Source of the DNA: an uncultured Acidobacteriaceae bacterium
GTDB lineage: Bacteria; Acidobacteriota; Terriglobia; Terriglobales; Acidobacteriaceae
Length of the DNA stretch: 64,000 nt
Direction: 5' to 3'
Assembly (NCBI GenBank): GCA_963835895.1
Contig: CAWIHC010000005.1
Span: forward strand, 207,086 to 271,085
The position numbers and the translations under genes are program-made. The notes below the pieces were generated by a model that saw only the letters and a program-made list of their open reading frames with translations, did not search any database and had not been told where the DNA came from. Positions 45,601 to 54,429 of this stretch are shown here, piece by piece. The stretch's first letter is position 1; each line of letters begins with the position of its first letter.

Positions 45601-45835
45601 CGAGCGCCTGATGGGCGAGGCCCGCTGGGAAAAGCTGTTTCCGCAGTTCGAGTACAGCAGCCAGACGCCGCCCGAACCGCGCCTCAGCCGCCGCCATGCG
45701 GCCAAGCTCATGCCGGCAGGCGCTCGGGTGCACTCGAAGGAAGAAGTCGTCGCCGGACTCAGCGCGCAGGAGGCTTTGGAAGAGTGCCGGCGCTGCCTGC
45801 GCTGCGATCTCAGAAGCACAGTAACCGCCAGGTGA
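42674..45835 (+). CDS. hoxF: NuoF/HoxF/HydB-like FMN-NAD subunit fused to a GltD/NfnB-like FAD-NADP module
   Basis: RGRGGAGF, NADEGDPGAFM, FVCGEET, GGPSGG, CGKCVPCR; then PCENSCP, GRVCQHPC, GAGPTG, IPEYRLP, GGGNAAID, YRR, CRRCLRCD in one uninterrupted ORF. Confidence 0.9.
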   Translation: MPRIQDIGVFNAVRETGLAKLTPAIPRITVSMGTCGQGNDAEEVYHALYAAIDHSGLDVMLAGVGCFGCCFQEPLVSVRLPGYPMVVLSRVQSNDATRILEGVSSGVMPADLVFCKIEEWDHITGHVRYGQGYPEIPLWNAIPFFKGQKKIVLRNCGLISPSDIEEYIGVGGYQALYKVLIDGRPETVIEQVKAARLRGRGGAGFLTGNKWDYLSKAKADNKYIICNADEGDPGAFMNRNEIEGDPHSLLEGMIIGAYATGATDGIIYVRAEYPLAISRLKRAIEQAREYGVLGANILGRGFNFDIEIVQGAGAFVCGEETAMIASLEGHAGRPRPRPPYPAQKGLYGKPTNINNVETWYNIAPIVMRGPAWFAETGSAKSPGTKVFSLVGKIHNTGLVEMPLGTPLKSFIYDVGEGAINGRKIKAVQTGGPSGGCIPATMLDTPVDYESLAQLGSIMGSGGMVVMDEDNCMVDVARYFIEFTHPECCGKCVPCRVGLDKALRILKAITKGDGSHELLERLDELCRMVRECSLCGLGQSAPNPVLTTMRHFREEYEDHIVAHRCRAGVCQELTFSPCENSCPLHMNIPRFLTLYQEGRLEDAFVSVVLDNPLPASTGRVCQHPCDNRCRRQSFDEALNMREVHRFIADAIYQSDRFAPMVERILARKLPATGRKVAVAGAGPTGLTAAFYLAMLGHDVTVFDEHSEAGGMLRFAIPEYRLPKSVLRRELDLIEAAGVKMQFNTRVGADLPLNELAEKFDAVFIAIGTWKESWLYLAGTEMKSVYPALEFLEAVARKDEIIVGSRVAIVGGGNAAIDSARTVLRMGAQPTILYRRERKDMPAIDEEIQAAEEEGVRFVFLAAPHRIIGDAKGNVKAIEIVKTRLGEYDKSGRRRPIPTDEVQRFECDSVILAVGETFDQDFCRASGLELKESGTIIVDRYTFETSRTNFYAGGDVITGASNVSNAMGCGKQAAMNIDERLMGEARWEKLFPQFEYSSQTPPEPRLSRRHAAKLMPAGARVHSKEEVVAGLSAQEALEECRRCLRCDLRSTVTAR

Positions 45836-45863
45836 ACGACAGGAACGGGAAAGGAGCGCCAAC

Positions 45864-46589
45864 TTGCCGAGCAAAACCATTTCGGTCCGCATCGATGGCG
45901 AATTGATCACCGCGCAGGAAGGGCAAACCATCCTGGAAGTGGCGCGCGCCAACGAAAGAGAGATTCCGTCGCTCTGTTATCTCAAGGGCCTGAGCGCGGT
46001 CGGCGCGTGCCGCGTGTGCGTCGTCGAGCTCGCTGGAACCGATCGCCTGCTGCCGGCCTGCACCACGCCCATGCAAGAGGGCATGTCGATCGTCACCAAC
46101 TCCGCCAAGCTCGATCTCTACCGGCGCATGGCCGTCGAATTGCTCCTCGTCGAGCGCAATCACGTCTGCTCATCGTGTGTTTCCAACGGCCACTGCGAGC
46201 TGCAGTCGCTGGCGCAGGACCTTGGCATCACCCACGTGCGCTACGCCTACAACAATCCCCGCCTGCCCGTGGACATGTCCCATCCGCGCTTCGTTCTCGA
46301 CCACAATCGCTGCATCCTGTGCACGCGCTGCGTGCGCGTCTGTGCCGAAGTGGAGGGCGCGCACGTGTGGGAGATCGGCGGGCGCGGCATCTATTCGCGC
46401 ATCGTCAGCGACCTCATGGATGATTGGGGCGCGGCGAAGAACTGCACCGCCTGCGGCAAGTGCATTCAGGTCTGTCCCACCGGAGCTCTGGCCGAAAAGG
46501 GCTTTGCGGTGCACGAAATGGTGAAGCGGAGCGACCAGGTGAGCCGCCTCGCCACGCAGCGCGCCGGCCAAGCCGGCGGAGCGCACTAA
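45864..46589 (+). CDS. hoxU: Bidirectional hydrogenase diaphorase FeS subunit HoxU
   Basis: IPSLC...GACRVCVVE...AC [2Fe-2S]; HVCSSC...C; CILCTRCVRVC; CTACGKCIQVCPTGAL. Confidence 0.92.
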   Translation: MPSKTISVRIDGELITAQEGQTILEVARANEREIPSLCYLKGLSAVGACRVCVVELAGTDRLLPACTTPMQEGMSIVTNSAKLDLYRRMAVELLLVERNHVCSSCVSNGHCELQSLAQDLGITHVRYAYNNPRLPVDMSHPRFVLDHNRCILCTRCVRVCAEVEGAHVWEIGGRGIYSRIVSDLMDDWGAAKNCTACGKCIQVCPTGALAEKGFAVHEMVKRSDQVSRLATQRAGQAGGAH

Positions 46590-46734
46590 TTACCGGCTCG
46601 GCCAGCACTACAGCATTATGTACCTCCGTGCCGCGCCTTCTTGCTCCATTGGTTTCCGCATTTGTCCCAACCGGCTCGGCCCCGTAGAATGACCAAAGGG
46701 CCGGCGGGTGTGTCCGCAGGGCGCCCAAAAATCG

Positions 46735-47580
46735 ATGAGCGAACAGGAAACAGAGGTTTATCCCGAGACGCAGCCCGTTTCGGCGGCGTGGGACAGGATC
46801 GAGCGGGCGCGGCATCCGCAGCGCCCTTACCCCATGGATTTGATCGAGCGAATCTTTACGGATTTCAGCGAGATTCACGGGGATCGCGCCTTTGGCGACG
46901 ATGAGGCTGTGGCGTGCGGCATGGCGCGGCTGGGCGGCGAAGAAGTGATGGTAATCGGCAACCGCAAGGGCGGCAGCACCAAGGAACGGGTGCGCCGCAA
47001 CTTCGGCATGCCGCATCCTGAGGGCTATCGCAAGGCTCTACGCGCCATGAAGCTGGCGGAAAAGTTCAGCCGGCCAGTGATCACCTTCATCGACCTGCCA
47101 GGCGCCTATCCCGGTGTGGGAGCCGAAGAGCGCGGCCAAGCTGAGGCCATCGCCCGCAATCTGCGCGAAATGGCGCGGCTGCGCGTGCCCACCATTTCGG
47201 TGATCAGCGGCGAAGGCGGATCGGGCGGCGCGCTGGCGCTCGCGGTGAGCGACCGTGTGCTGATTCTGGAGAATGCGCTGTACTTTGTCATCACTCCGGA
47301 GTCGTGCGCAGCCATCATGTGGCGCGATGCGGCGCACAAGCAATTAGCGGCAGAGGCCATGCGCATCTCAGCGCCCGAGGTCGCCGCGGTGGGCTGTGTG
47401 GATGAGATCGTTGCGGAGCCACCGCAAGGCATCCACGGCGACCGCGAGGCCGGGACCGGAATGCTCGGATCTGTGCTCAGGAAACATCTGGCCGAATTGA
47501 AGGCCGCGCCCATCCAGGCGCTGGTAGCCGCGCGGCAGCAGAAGTTCCGCAACATCGCCCAGTTCTATACGCAGAGCTGA
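46735..47580 (+). CDS. accA: Acetyl-CoA carboxylase carboxyltransferase subunit alpha
   Basis: ARHPQRP, HGDRAFGDD, RNFGMPHPEGYRKALR, AEERGQ, GEGGSGGALA. Confidence 0.96.
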   Translation: MSEQETEVYPETQPVSAAWDRIERARHPQRPYPMDLIERIFTDFSEIHGDRAFGDDEAVACGMARLGGEEVMVIGNRKGGSTKERVRRNFGMPHPEGYRKALRAMKLAEKFSRPVITFIDLPGAYPGVGAEERGQAEAIARNLREMARLRVPTISVISGEGGSGGALALAVSDRVLILENALYFVITPESCAAIMWRDAAHKQLAAEAMRISAPEVAAVGCVDEIVAEPPQGIHGDREAGTGMLGSVLRKHLAELKAAPIQALVAARQQKFRNIAQFYTQS

Positions 47581-47622
47581 TTCCCTGAGCCTTCTTACGA
47601 CCGGCAGGAAAGTCATCGCGGT

Positions 47623-47735
47623 ACAACCGGTCTCATAAGTGCCGCAGCCGAATAGTGAGCATGTGTGGGACCCGACAACAAGGCGGGGCCCATGACTCCA
47701 GCGAGTTGAGAAAGAAGATTTATGAGACCGGTTTT
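47623..47735. mobile_element. ~110-bp MITE with perfect 14-bp terminal inverted repeats (IS5-like ends)
   Basis: AACCGGTCTCATAA (47625-47638) and TTATGAGACCGGTT (47720-47733); no internal gene. Confidence 0.6.
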
Positions 47736-47945
47736 AGCCATGATGCATGAACGATTGAATGTGCGCGGGACACAGTGCGCGGCTCATCAAGCCGGTCGCT
47801 CTCGACGGATTGCGGGCCGGAGCGGTTCCGCAGTTACTGTGTCTCGAAGCCAACAACGCCAAGTGGATTTTTCCTCAAGAAAAATCCACATTGATCCGAA
47901 GCTGGATACCGCTACAACAACTGCGGAACCGCTCCGGAGGCAGTC

Positions 47946-48981
47946 ATGAACGAACCCGGCTATACCGGCGGCCGTTTGCGCGCTTACCTGCAGTTCCTGG
48001 GCGCAATCCTCTACTTTTTTTTCGCGCGTTCGCTGGCCTTTCATGGGGCTGAAGGGCTGGTCAGCGACGCTTGGTTTCCGCTCGTTGAGCAGGCGATGCT
48101 TTTGTTTCTGCTGTTGGTGGGATTCGCGGCGATGGGATTCTGGCTCGACCGGCAGATTCGCCCGATCAACGAACAGGGATTGCCTCGCCGCGAAGGATGG
48201 CTGCGCGAGGTGGGATTGGGCCTGGCAACCGGATGGGGCGTGGCGCTGGTCTGCGTGCTGCCCATGACCGTCGTAGGCGGTATTGCCATCTCTCTCTTCA
48301 CGCAGGGAGCGGCCTGGGGTTGGCTCGTGGCCGATGCGGCGTTTTTCGCGCTGGCGGCGCTGGCGGAGGAGGTTGCCTATCGCGGCTACGCCTTCCAGTG
48401 CTTCATTCGCGCAGTGGGGCCGGTCGGGGCCACGCTGGGATTTGCCTCCATCTACGCGATCGTGCAGGCGCTCATGCCCGGCGCTAGCCGCGCCAGCTTC
48501 GGTGTTTCGCTGGCGTTTAGCATTTCTGCTCTCCACGGCCTATTTGCGCACGCGCGCTCTATGGGTAAGCTGGGGCCTTAATTTCGGCTGGAAGGCAAGC
48601 AGGGCGCTCGTTTTTGGGCTTGCGGTGAGCGGCGTCAGCAGCCATTCGCCGGTGGTGCAAGGCGATCCCATGGGGCCATTCTGGCTCACGGGCGGAGCGT
48701 TTGGACTCGACGGCAGTTGGCTGGCGTGCAGTGTTTTTCTTTTGGCGCTGCCGGTAATCTTTCGCATGACGCGCGATCTGGATTTCCGATATAACGCGCC
48801 GGTCATTGTCGCTGCCGGGATCCCAGTCGATCTGGATGCCGCAGCGCGCGCGCAACATGAGGCGGCCATGGGTGCGGCCGCGCCCGCGGCTCCTACGCTG
48901 GTGCAGATCGAAAAGCAGGGAACAGGGATTAGGGAACAGGGAACAGAAAAACCCGCAACACTCGATCCACCGCAATCTTGA
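47946..48981 (+). CDS. CPBP/Abi family (CAAX protease-like) intramembrane metalloprotease, frameshifted
   Basis: Multiple TM helices, EEVAYRGY, YLRTRALWVSWGLNFGW, LTGGAFGLDG; canonical His ligands appear substituted. Confidence 0.85.
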
Positions 48982-49002
48982 TCTCCGCTCCGCCTCCTTG
49001 CT

Positions 49003-49085
49003 CCCTACGCCCCTTAGTCCCTCAGTCCCTTGTTCCCTTGGTCCCTTAGTCCCTTAGTCCCTGTCCTTCCGTTCCCTTAGTCCCT
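49003..49085 (+). repeat. Octamer tandem repeat (CCCTTAGT-like)
   Basis: ccctacgc cccttagt ccctcagt cccttgtt cccttggt cccttagt cccttagt ... Confidence 0.85.
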
Positions 49086-49162
49086 GCCTCTCCCGATTTG
49101 CCATTTCTGCCCGATTGGAGCTAACGTTTGCCTATCAGCGTTCGCACGCATGGGGGGCTCCC

Positions 49163-50650
49163 ATGAACCGGCGTTTCCTTGCCCCAAGGATCGACCTCGC
49201 ACCACGATCAAGCTTAATCGGCGCCCTGCAAGGAGGCTTGCTCCGGGCTGCGGCCGGTTGCGCGCTGGCAACACTGCTGGCTGCCGGATCTTCGGTGGCT
49301 CAGGTCATTACTGTCGATACCGGAGGCAGCAAGGGTCCTGTTGCGGGCAGTGGGCCCGTGGACCGGCAGTTTGCGCAGGTTGCGCCCACGCACGTGGATT
49401 TGCCCAAGACGGAGATGGACCCCAAGACGCGGCTGCTGCTCATCCGCGACCTGCAATCGGAGCAGGGGTTCGCCATGCGCCCGTTTCCGCGCGGCCACAA
49501 GGGACTGATACTCCAGGCCAACGGCAAGCTCGAGCCATCCGGCGAAAGCTATCTGAATATGGTCGTCAATGAAGGACTTTCCGCCAAGCCCGGCTCGCGC
49601 GTGGTGGTAACCGACATCAAGATCGACCGCTCGAAGATCATCCTGGATTTCGACGGAGGGCCTGACGCGAAGCACCGCTTCCTGCGCCATATCCAGATTA
49701 GCGTTGGACCAGAGATGGGCGACCCGGACGCCGACCCCTCGCTCATGAACCAGGCCGGCAATCCAGCCGGCGCTCGCGTCACGCTGGTCTTTGCGAATTA
49801 TGTTCCCGAACTGACGGCGAAACAGGTGAAGGCTCTGCTGGCGCCGCTCATTTCCTTCGACGTAAAGACGCCCATCCAGGCCTACACCGATACGCTGCCA
49901 ACGGCCTTGAAGGACGCCATCCTGGGCCACAAGGTGCTGGTGGGAATGAACACGGACATGGTGCTCTTCGCCAAGGGACAGCCCAACACGAAGTCGCGCG
50001 AGATGGATGGGCAGATGCCGTTTGAGGAGTGGATCTACGGAACGCCCCCGCAGGAAGTCGATTTCGTTCGGATCAACGGCAACCGTGTGATACGCGTTGA
50101 GATTGCAAAGGGCGGGCAACCCCTGGAAATCTTCACCAAGGACGTGGTTTCGCCCATGCTGGTTGCAGCCGGCACGCCGGAGTTGGCCTCTCAACCGAAC
50201 ACGCGCACCGTTCGGGAAGGCGATGTCGAGACCGATCCCAACAAGCAAGAGGCTGCTCCGCCGCCCAGCCTGCGCAATCCCGGCGAAACATTGCCCACCG
50301 ACAATCAAAACACCGGCGTGATGCGCCCGGTACAGTTCCCCAAGCCGCATCCCAACGATATGCCGGGCGCCAATCCGGACGAGCAATCCAGTGCTCCGCC
50401 GGCGAGCTCGCCCCCGCCGGGCGCGTCCGCTTCGCCCAGCCAGCCGGCGAAGTCGACGAACGGGCAGGCGGGTTCGCAGCCGGGCACAGCGCAACCTGCG
50501 CCGCAAAACTCGCAGTCGCAGCCCACGAGTGGGGCGCAGCCGGCGGCTCCGGCCGGCACGACGCCGGCCAATGCGACGCCTCCCGGTGGCGGCAAGCAGC
50601 AGCCGCCGGCGGGGTCGAATCAGCTTGTGTCGACAGCCGGTAGCCGGTAG
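49163..50650 (+). CDS. Secreted hypothetical protein with Pro/Gln/Ala-rich C-terminal tail
   Basis: Signal-like segment; VLVGMNTDMV...GQP and EEWIYG (SmpA/OmlA-like pattern); low-complexity tail; start uncertain. Confidence 0.75.
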   Translation: MNRRFLAPRIDLAPRSSLIGALQGGLLRAAAGCALATLLAAGSSVAQVITVDTGGSKGPVAGSGPVDRQFAQVAPTHVDLPKTEMDPKTRLLLIRDLQSEQGFAMRPFPRGHKGLILQANGKLEPSGESYLNMVVNEGLSAKPGSRVVVTDIKIDRSKIILDFDGGPDAKHRFLRHIQISVGPEMGDPDADPSLMNQAGNPAGARVTLVFANYVPELTAKQVKALLAPLISFDVKTPIQAYTDTLPTALKDAILGHKVLVGMNTDMVLFAKGQPNTKSREMDGQMPFEEWIYGTPPQEVDFVRINGNRVIRVEIAKGGQPLEIFTKDVVSPMLVAAGTPELASQPNTRTVREGDVETDPNKQEAAPPPSLRNPGETLPTDNQNTGVMRPVQFPKPHPNDMPGANPDEQSSAPPASSPPPGASASPSQPAKSTNGQAGSQPGTAQPAPQNSQSQPTSGAQPAAPAGTTPANATPPGGGKQQPPAGSNQLVSTAGSR

Positions 50651-50937
50651 CAGGTAGCGCGAACCAAAAGTGAGTCAGCAAGTCAGCGAGTCAGCGATCA
50701 AGAGCGGCAGCCGCCAGGATATTACTCATCGGTAATGGGGGGTACCCTCCCCACTTCTGAAAATAAGTGCTTTGGAATGAGAGGATTGGCGCAACTATGG
50801 TGCGCTATCTATGTCATTTCAAAGAACTTCCCCGCAGATGTGTCTCCGCAAAGGAGTTACAAGCAAAAGCCAGCGCTCGGCGATGGCCGGTGTCCAGCAA
50901 ACCGAAAGGTCAACACCCGCCAACCACCGGCTGCCAA

Positions 50938-51059
50938 CTCTGATCTCTGCTCCCCGAACTCTGGTCCCTGGTCTCTGATCTCTGAAATGAGTATGCGCTC
51001 AAGGGCGGAAATAATCGGCAAACTTCACAGAGATCAGAGATCAGGGGTCAGGGATCAGA
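50938..51059. repeat. Inverted pair of heptamer tandem arrays (CTCTGAT)n ... (CAGAGAT)n
   Basis: ctctgat ctctgct ccccgaa ctctggt ccctggt ctctgat ctctga / cagagat cagagat caggggt cagggat caga. Confidence 0.8.
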
Positions 51060-51392
51060 AAAAGAACGGCTTAGGGGCGTGGTGGACCGCTTTTGAGACG
51101 GCTGAGGGGCTTGACAAGAAAGCAGGGACGCTGGGGTTAACCGGCGGGGAGTAGGAAGACAGGTGCGGGATAAATGGCGTTTATCGGAATCGATCCGGAA
51201 AGGGAGTTCACGGCGCGAGCTGAGCAGGATAGGTGGATTGTGCCAAGGCGCATTGGCTCGCGCTCTGATCAGGCGATCTTGATGCCATTCTTTGAAAGAG
51301 TTGAAAGGAACATCACTCCGTATTCAATTGCAACGCTCCAAAGAAGCCTCGCATACTCACGATCCGGCCGAGGGGGTGTACGCTCGTGTCGC

Positions 51393-52416
51393 TAGAGCAT
51401 TTCTAATTTAAGTGTTTACATAACCACAAGACAGGAAGTAGTTCGAGCACTCTTCTGAAGAGATGGAGTCGAGCAGCGTTCCGATTTCCTGCCAGAGGGC
51501 GTCGACGCTCCGTCTGGCGGCTTTGCGGAGCAGGGCCTTGAGCTTGGAGAAGAGCTTTTCGATGGGGTTCAAGTCGGGGGAGTACGGCGGCAGATAGAGG
51601 AGTGTCGCCCCGGTGGCGAGGATGGCCTGTTCGACCCCGTCTACCTTATGACTGCCGAGGTTGTCGAGGATGACGATGTCTCCCGGCGTGAGTGTGGGAC
51701 ACAAGACCGAACGCACATATTCCACAAAGACCTCTCCGTCCATCGGCCCTTCGATTACCATCGGCGCGGAGATCTTCTGATGCCGCAACGCACCCACGAA
51801 GGTGGTTGTTTGCCAGTGACCGTACGGCGCCGAGCCGACACATCGGCGCCCCTTCGGAGATCGGCCGTAGGCGCGGGTCATATTAGTGGAAGTCCACGTT
51901 TCATCGATGAATACGAGCTTTTCTACGTTCATCGTGGGCAGCGCCTCCAGCCACGCCTTGCGTGCCAGTTGCACGTCCTGCCGATCTTGCTCGCTGGCGT
52001 GCAGCGTTTTTTTGAAGGTTAGATTCCATTTGTTCAGCTGATGCCACAGTGCCCCGACTTTGATCGAAACCCCTCGTTCGGCCAGCCGGTCACAGATTTC
52101 CACCAGGGCCAGATCGGGCTCGGCTTCGATCCAGGAGCGCACTGCCGACTCCAGGCCGGCTATACGGGAGCGGCGATGGCCGCCGATCTGAAAACTGCTG
52201 CGCTCGCCCGTCTCCCGGACTCGATCGCGCACCTGGTACACCCAGCCCCGGCTGATCTCCAGCCGCCGAGCAATGTGCGTCGGTTTTTCTCCGCGCTCCA
52301 ACGCCCAAAGCACACGATCCCGCAAGTCTTGTGAATAGGATTGCATCTCCGCCGCCCCTCAGTCGGCGGAAATATTATCTCACGAAACTGTGTATACTTA
52401 AATTAGAACTGCTCTA
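51393..52416 (-). mobile_element. IS630-family insertion sequence, apparently complete
   Basis: Ends TAGAGCA(T/G)TTCTAATTTAAGT inverted, 20/21 identical including flanking TA duplication. Confidence 0.95.
51408..52346 (-). CDS. IS630 family DDE transposase
   Basis: YSQDLRDRV HTH, FIDET, ILDNLGSHK, LPPYSPDLNPIE. Confidence 0.96.
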   Translation of the reverse strand: MQSYSQDLRDRVLWALERGEKPTHIARRLEISRGWVYQVRDRVRETGERSSFQIGGHRRSRIAGLESAVRSWIEAEPDLALVEICDRLAERGVSIKVGALWHQLNKWNLTFKKTLHASEQDRQDVQLARKAWLEALPTMNVEKLVFIDETWTSTNMTRAYGRSPKGRRCVGSAPYGHWQTTTFVGALRHQKISAPMVIEGPMDGEVFVEYVRSVLCPTLTPGDIVILDNLGSHKVDGVEQAILATGATLLYLPPYSPDLNPIEKLFSKLKALLRKAARRSVDALWQEIGTLLDSISSEECSNYFLSCGYVNT

Positions 52417-52511
52417 ATGAGCGTAAATAGGGAAGTAACAAATTCTTCGTGTTAAGTAACAGCAGCGGGATTGAAACGATGCGCTCGCGGTTGCCTTGCG
52501 GGGTCTTCCAG

Positions 52512-52988
52512 CTATTGTTGGCCGCTGGGTCTTCGATGAAAGAGCTTCTTGATGATTCGCTCCCGGGTCGTGGGCTCGTGAATGACCTTGATTAGCGCTA
52601 GGGTCTCCCATAGCTTCTGCATCGCTTCGTCCGGGGTCTGCTGCTTGTTCTCGACGAGGGCTCTCAGTTGCTTCACCGTCTGGCATTGAACTCTAAGCAG
52701 TACCAGCCTTGTATTGGTGTAGAACAATTCTCGGTTTTTCTCCCAGAAATAATCGAAGCCAGGAAGCTCGACGCCAAGCCAAAATTTCCACGCTGGCAGC
52801 TTGCCGTCATGAACCGCCATCGCGCTTTTCGAAAGATTGGAGAGATCCCACATAACTGCGTTGTGCATCTTCGCGAGGTCGATGCGCGATTGAATCAGGC
52901 CACGAACCGGATCGGCGATTAGGCCGGCGAACATGCCAACTATTGCCGATACAAGAATCTTCAGCCACTCGTGATCTTCGGCGGGCAT
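52512..52988 (-). CDS. Hypothetical protein with one N-terminal TM helix
   Basis: ORF MPAEDHEWLKILVSAIVGMFAGLIA...; no family recognised. Confidence 0.55.
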   Translation of the reverse strand: MPAEDHEWLKILVSAIVGMFAGLIADPVRGLIQSRIDLAKMHNAVMWDLSNLSKSAMAVHDGKLPAWKFWLGVELPGFDYFWEKNRELFYTNTRLVLLRVQCQTVKQLRALVENKQQTPDEAMQKLWETLALIKVIHEPTTRERIIKKLFHRRPSGQQ

Positions 52989-53106
52989 AGCGTCTTCACC
53001 TGTCTGAATCTTAACCGCGGGTATTGCTGCCTGGCGGTCGGCTGGTGGCGATTTGCTCAAACGATACGGTTCCGAAGCGGAAGCCGTTGTTTTTCGCTGG
53101 AACGGG

Positions 53107-53741
53107 CGGAAGGAGCAGGGGCCTTCAGGCCCCGGGATGCGGCGGCTCGATCAATGGCCTTTTGGGAGTGGCCTTTAGGCCCGGGCATTCTTGCCCCTGA
53201 AGGTGATGGGGCATGGGGTCCAGCGGACCACATGCAGCGGAGCTGAACGGATGGGCTTCAGGCGTCGACGCAAGTCCACGGCGAATGGGGTTCTGCTCGA
53301 TGTAGCGAACGCAATTCGCAAACTTTGCCTCGGTCATGATCTGGGTCTCGTTGAAGCTTTGAGTCCACACGTCGAGCTTGCTCGTCAGTTGGGGGTCTTC
53401 ATGCGGAAGGAGAAGCCTCCCTTGATGAACTGCATCGCTTTTTCAAGCGAAACATCCGGAGCCGGAGTGATGAGTGCGTGGAAATGGTCAGGCATGATGA
53501 CGAATGCGTGCAGGAGGAATTTGCCTTGTGCGCGGTAGTCGAGGATCGTTCGCATCAGCAATTCAGCCGTGGAAGTGACCTGGAAGAGGCGGCGGCGTTG
53601 CGCGGTCACGGCGGTGACAAAGTAGGTCCGCGTTTCTTGAGGCGCAAGCCGCACGTGGGAAGCATAACCGAAAGGCCCGAGGCTAAAGCCTATCCCATTG
53701 AAGGTCCGATTTCAGGGGCCTGAAGGCCCCTGCTCCCTCCG
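53107..53741. repeat. REP-like palindromes in inverted orientation flanking the RAYT
   Basis: 53107-53133 CGGAAGGAGCAGGGGCCTTCAGGCCCC and 53715-53741 are reverse complements at 26/27 positions; extra hairpins GGCCTTTAGGCC (~53170) and GGCTAAAGCC (~53681). Confidence 0.85.
53125..53654 (-). CDS. REP-associated tyrosine transposase (RAYT, Y1 HUH), frameshift near 53390
   Basis: TYFVT, FVIMPDHFHAL (HUH), KGGFSF, VWTQSF, YIEQNP (catalytic Tyr), PFSSA. Confidence 0.9.
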
Positions 53742-54202
53742 TTACGATAAAGGTCCGGTTTCAACGGAGCCCATGCCCCCTCCGTTACGATCCCGGCTAA
53801 GCGAGGCTTGTGGCAGAATTGCGCTGAAAATGCCCACCGAAGGCCTTTTAAGGTGCGGCGAACGACGGCTAAGCGCGCGCAAAACTCGCTATTCGTGAAA
53901 TTACTCTTGACCTTTTGCCTCGATATGTTCAATTCCCGTTGAACCTTTACCCCGATTTTGGGTAATTCTCCTGGCCACCACTCGGCGTTTCGGGAAAGAA
54001 TCCTTGAACCTTCGAGGGGGCGATGGGACAAGATTGTTGAACCTTTCGCGGGGTCGCGGTCGCACAAAACCGAACATTTCGTGAGACTTGGGCCGCTTTC
54101 ACCCGGCCCCGGGAAAAAAGCGCCTCCGGCCCCGGCGCTCCATCACGGTTTCGCCGCGGCGGACGACCGTTGGTCAGACCGCAGAGTTTGGGTTCGTGCT
54201 AT

Positions 54203-54237
54203 CCCAGGTCCCCAAATGCGAGGGACCTGGGGCACCC
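54203..54237. repeat. REP-type hairpin CCCAGGTCCC-N9-GGGACCTGGG-GCACCC
   Basis: Perfect 10-bp stem followed by GCACCC tail. Confidence 0.65.
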
Positions 54238-54429
54238 GGCGCTGGGCGGGGGAGGCTCTTAGTCCGGCTCATATAAACTGGAAGGAGCGAGCCGTGCTCT
54301 CTTCGCCACCCGTGGACGCTGTCGGCGATCCATGATTGGCGGGGAAGGACAATGGCCGCAACCGTTGAAGCCGCGTGCAGATGGTGCCCGTGCGAGCAGA
54401 GACACCCACAAAGGAGACAATCTTCACTG

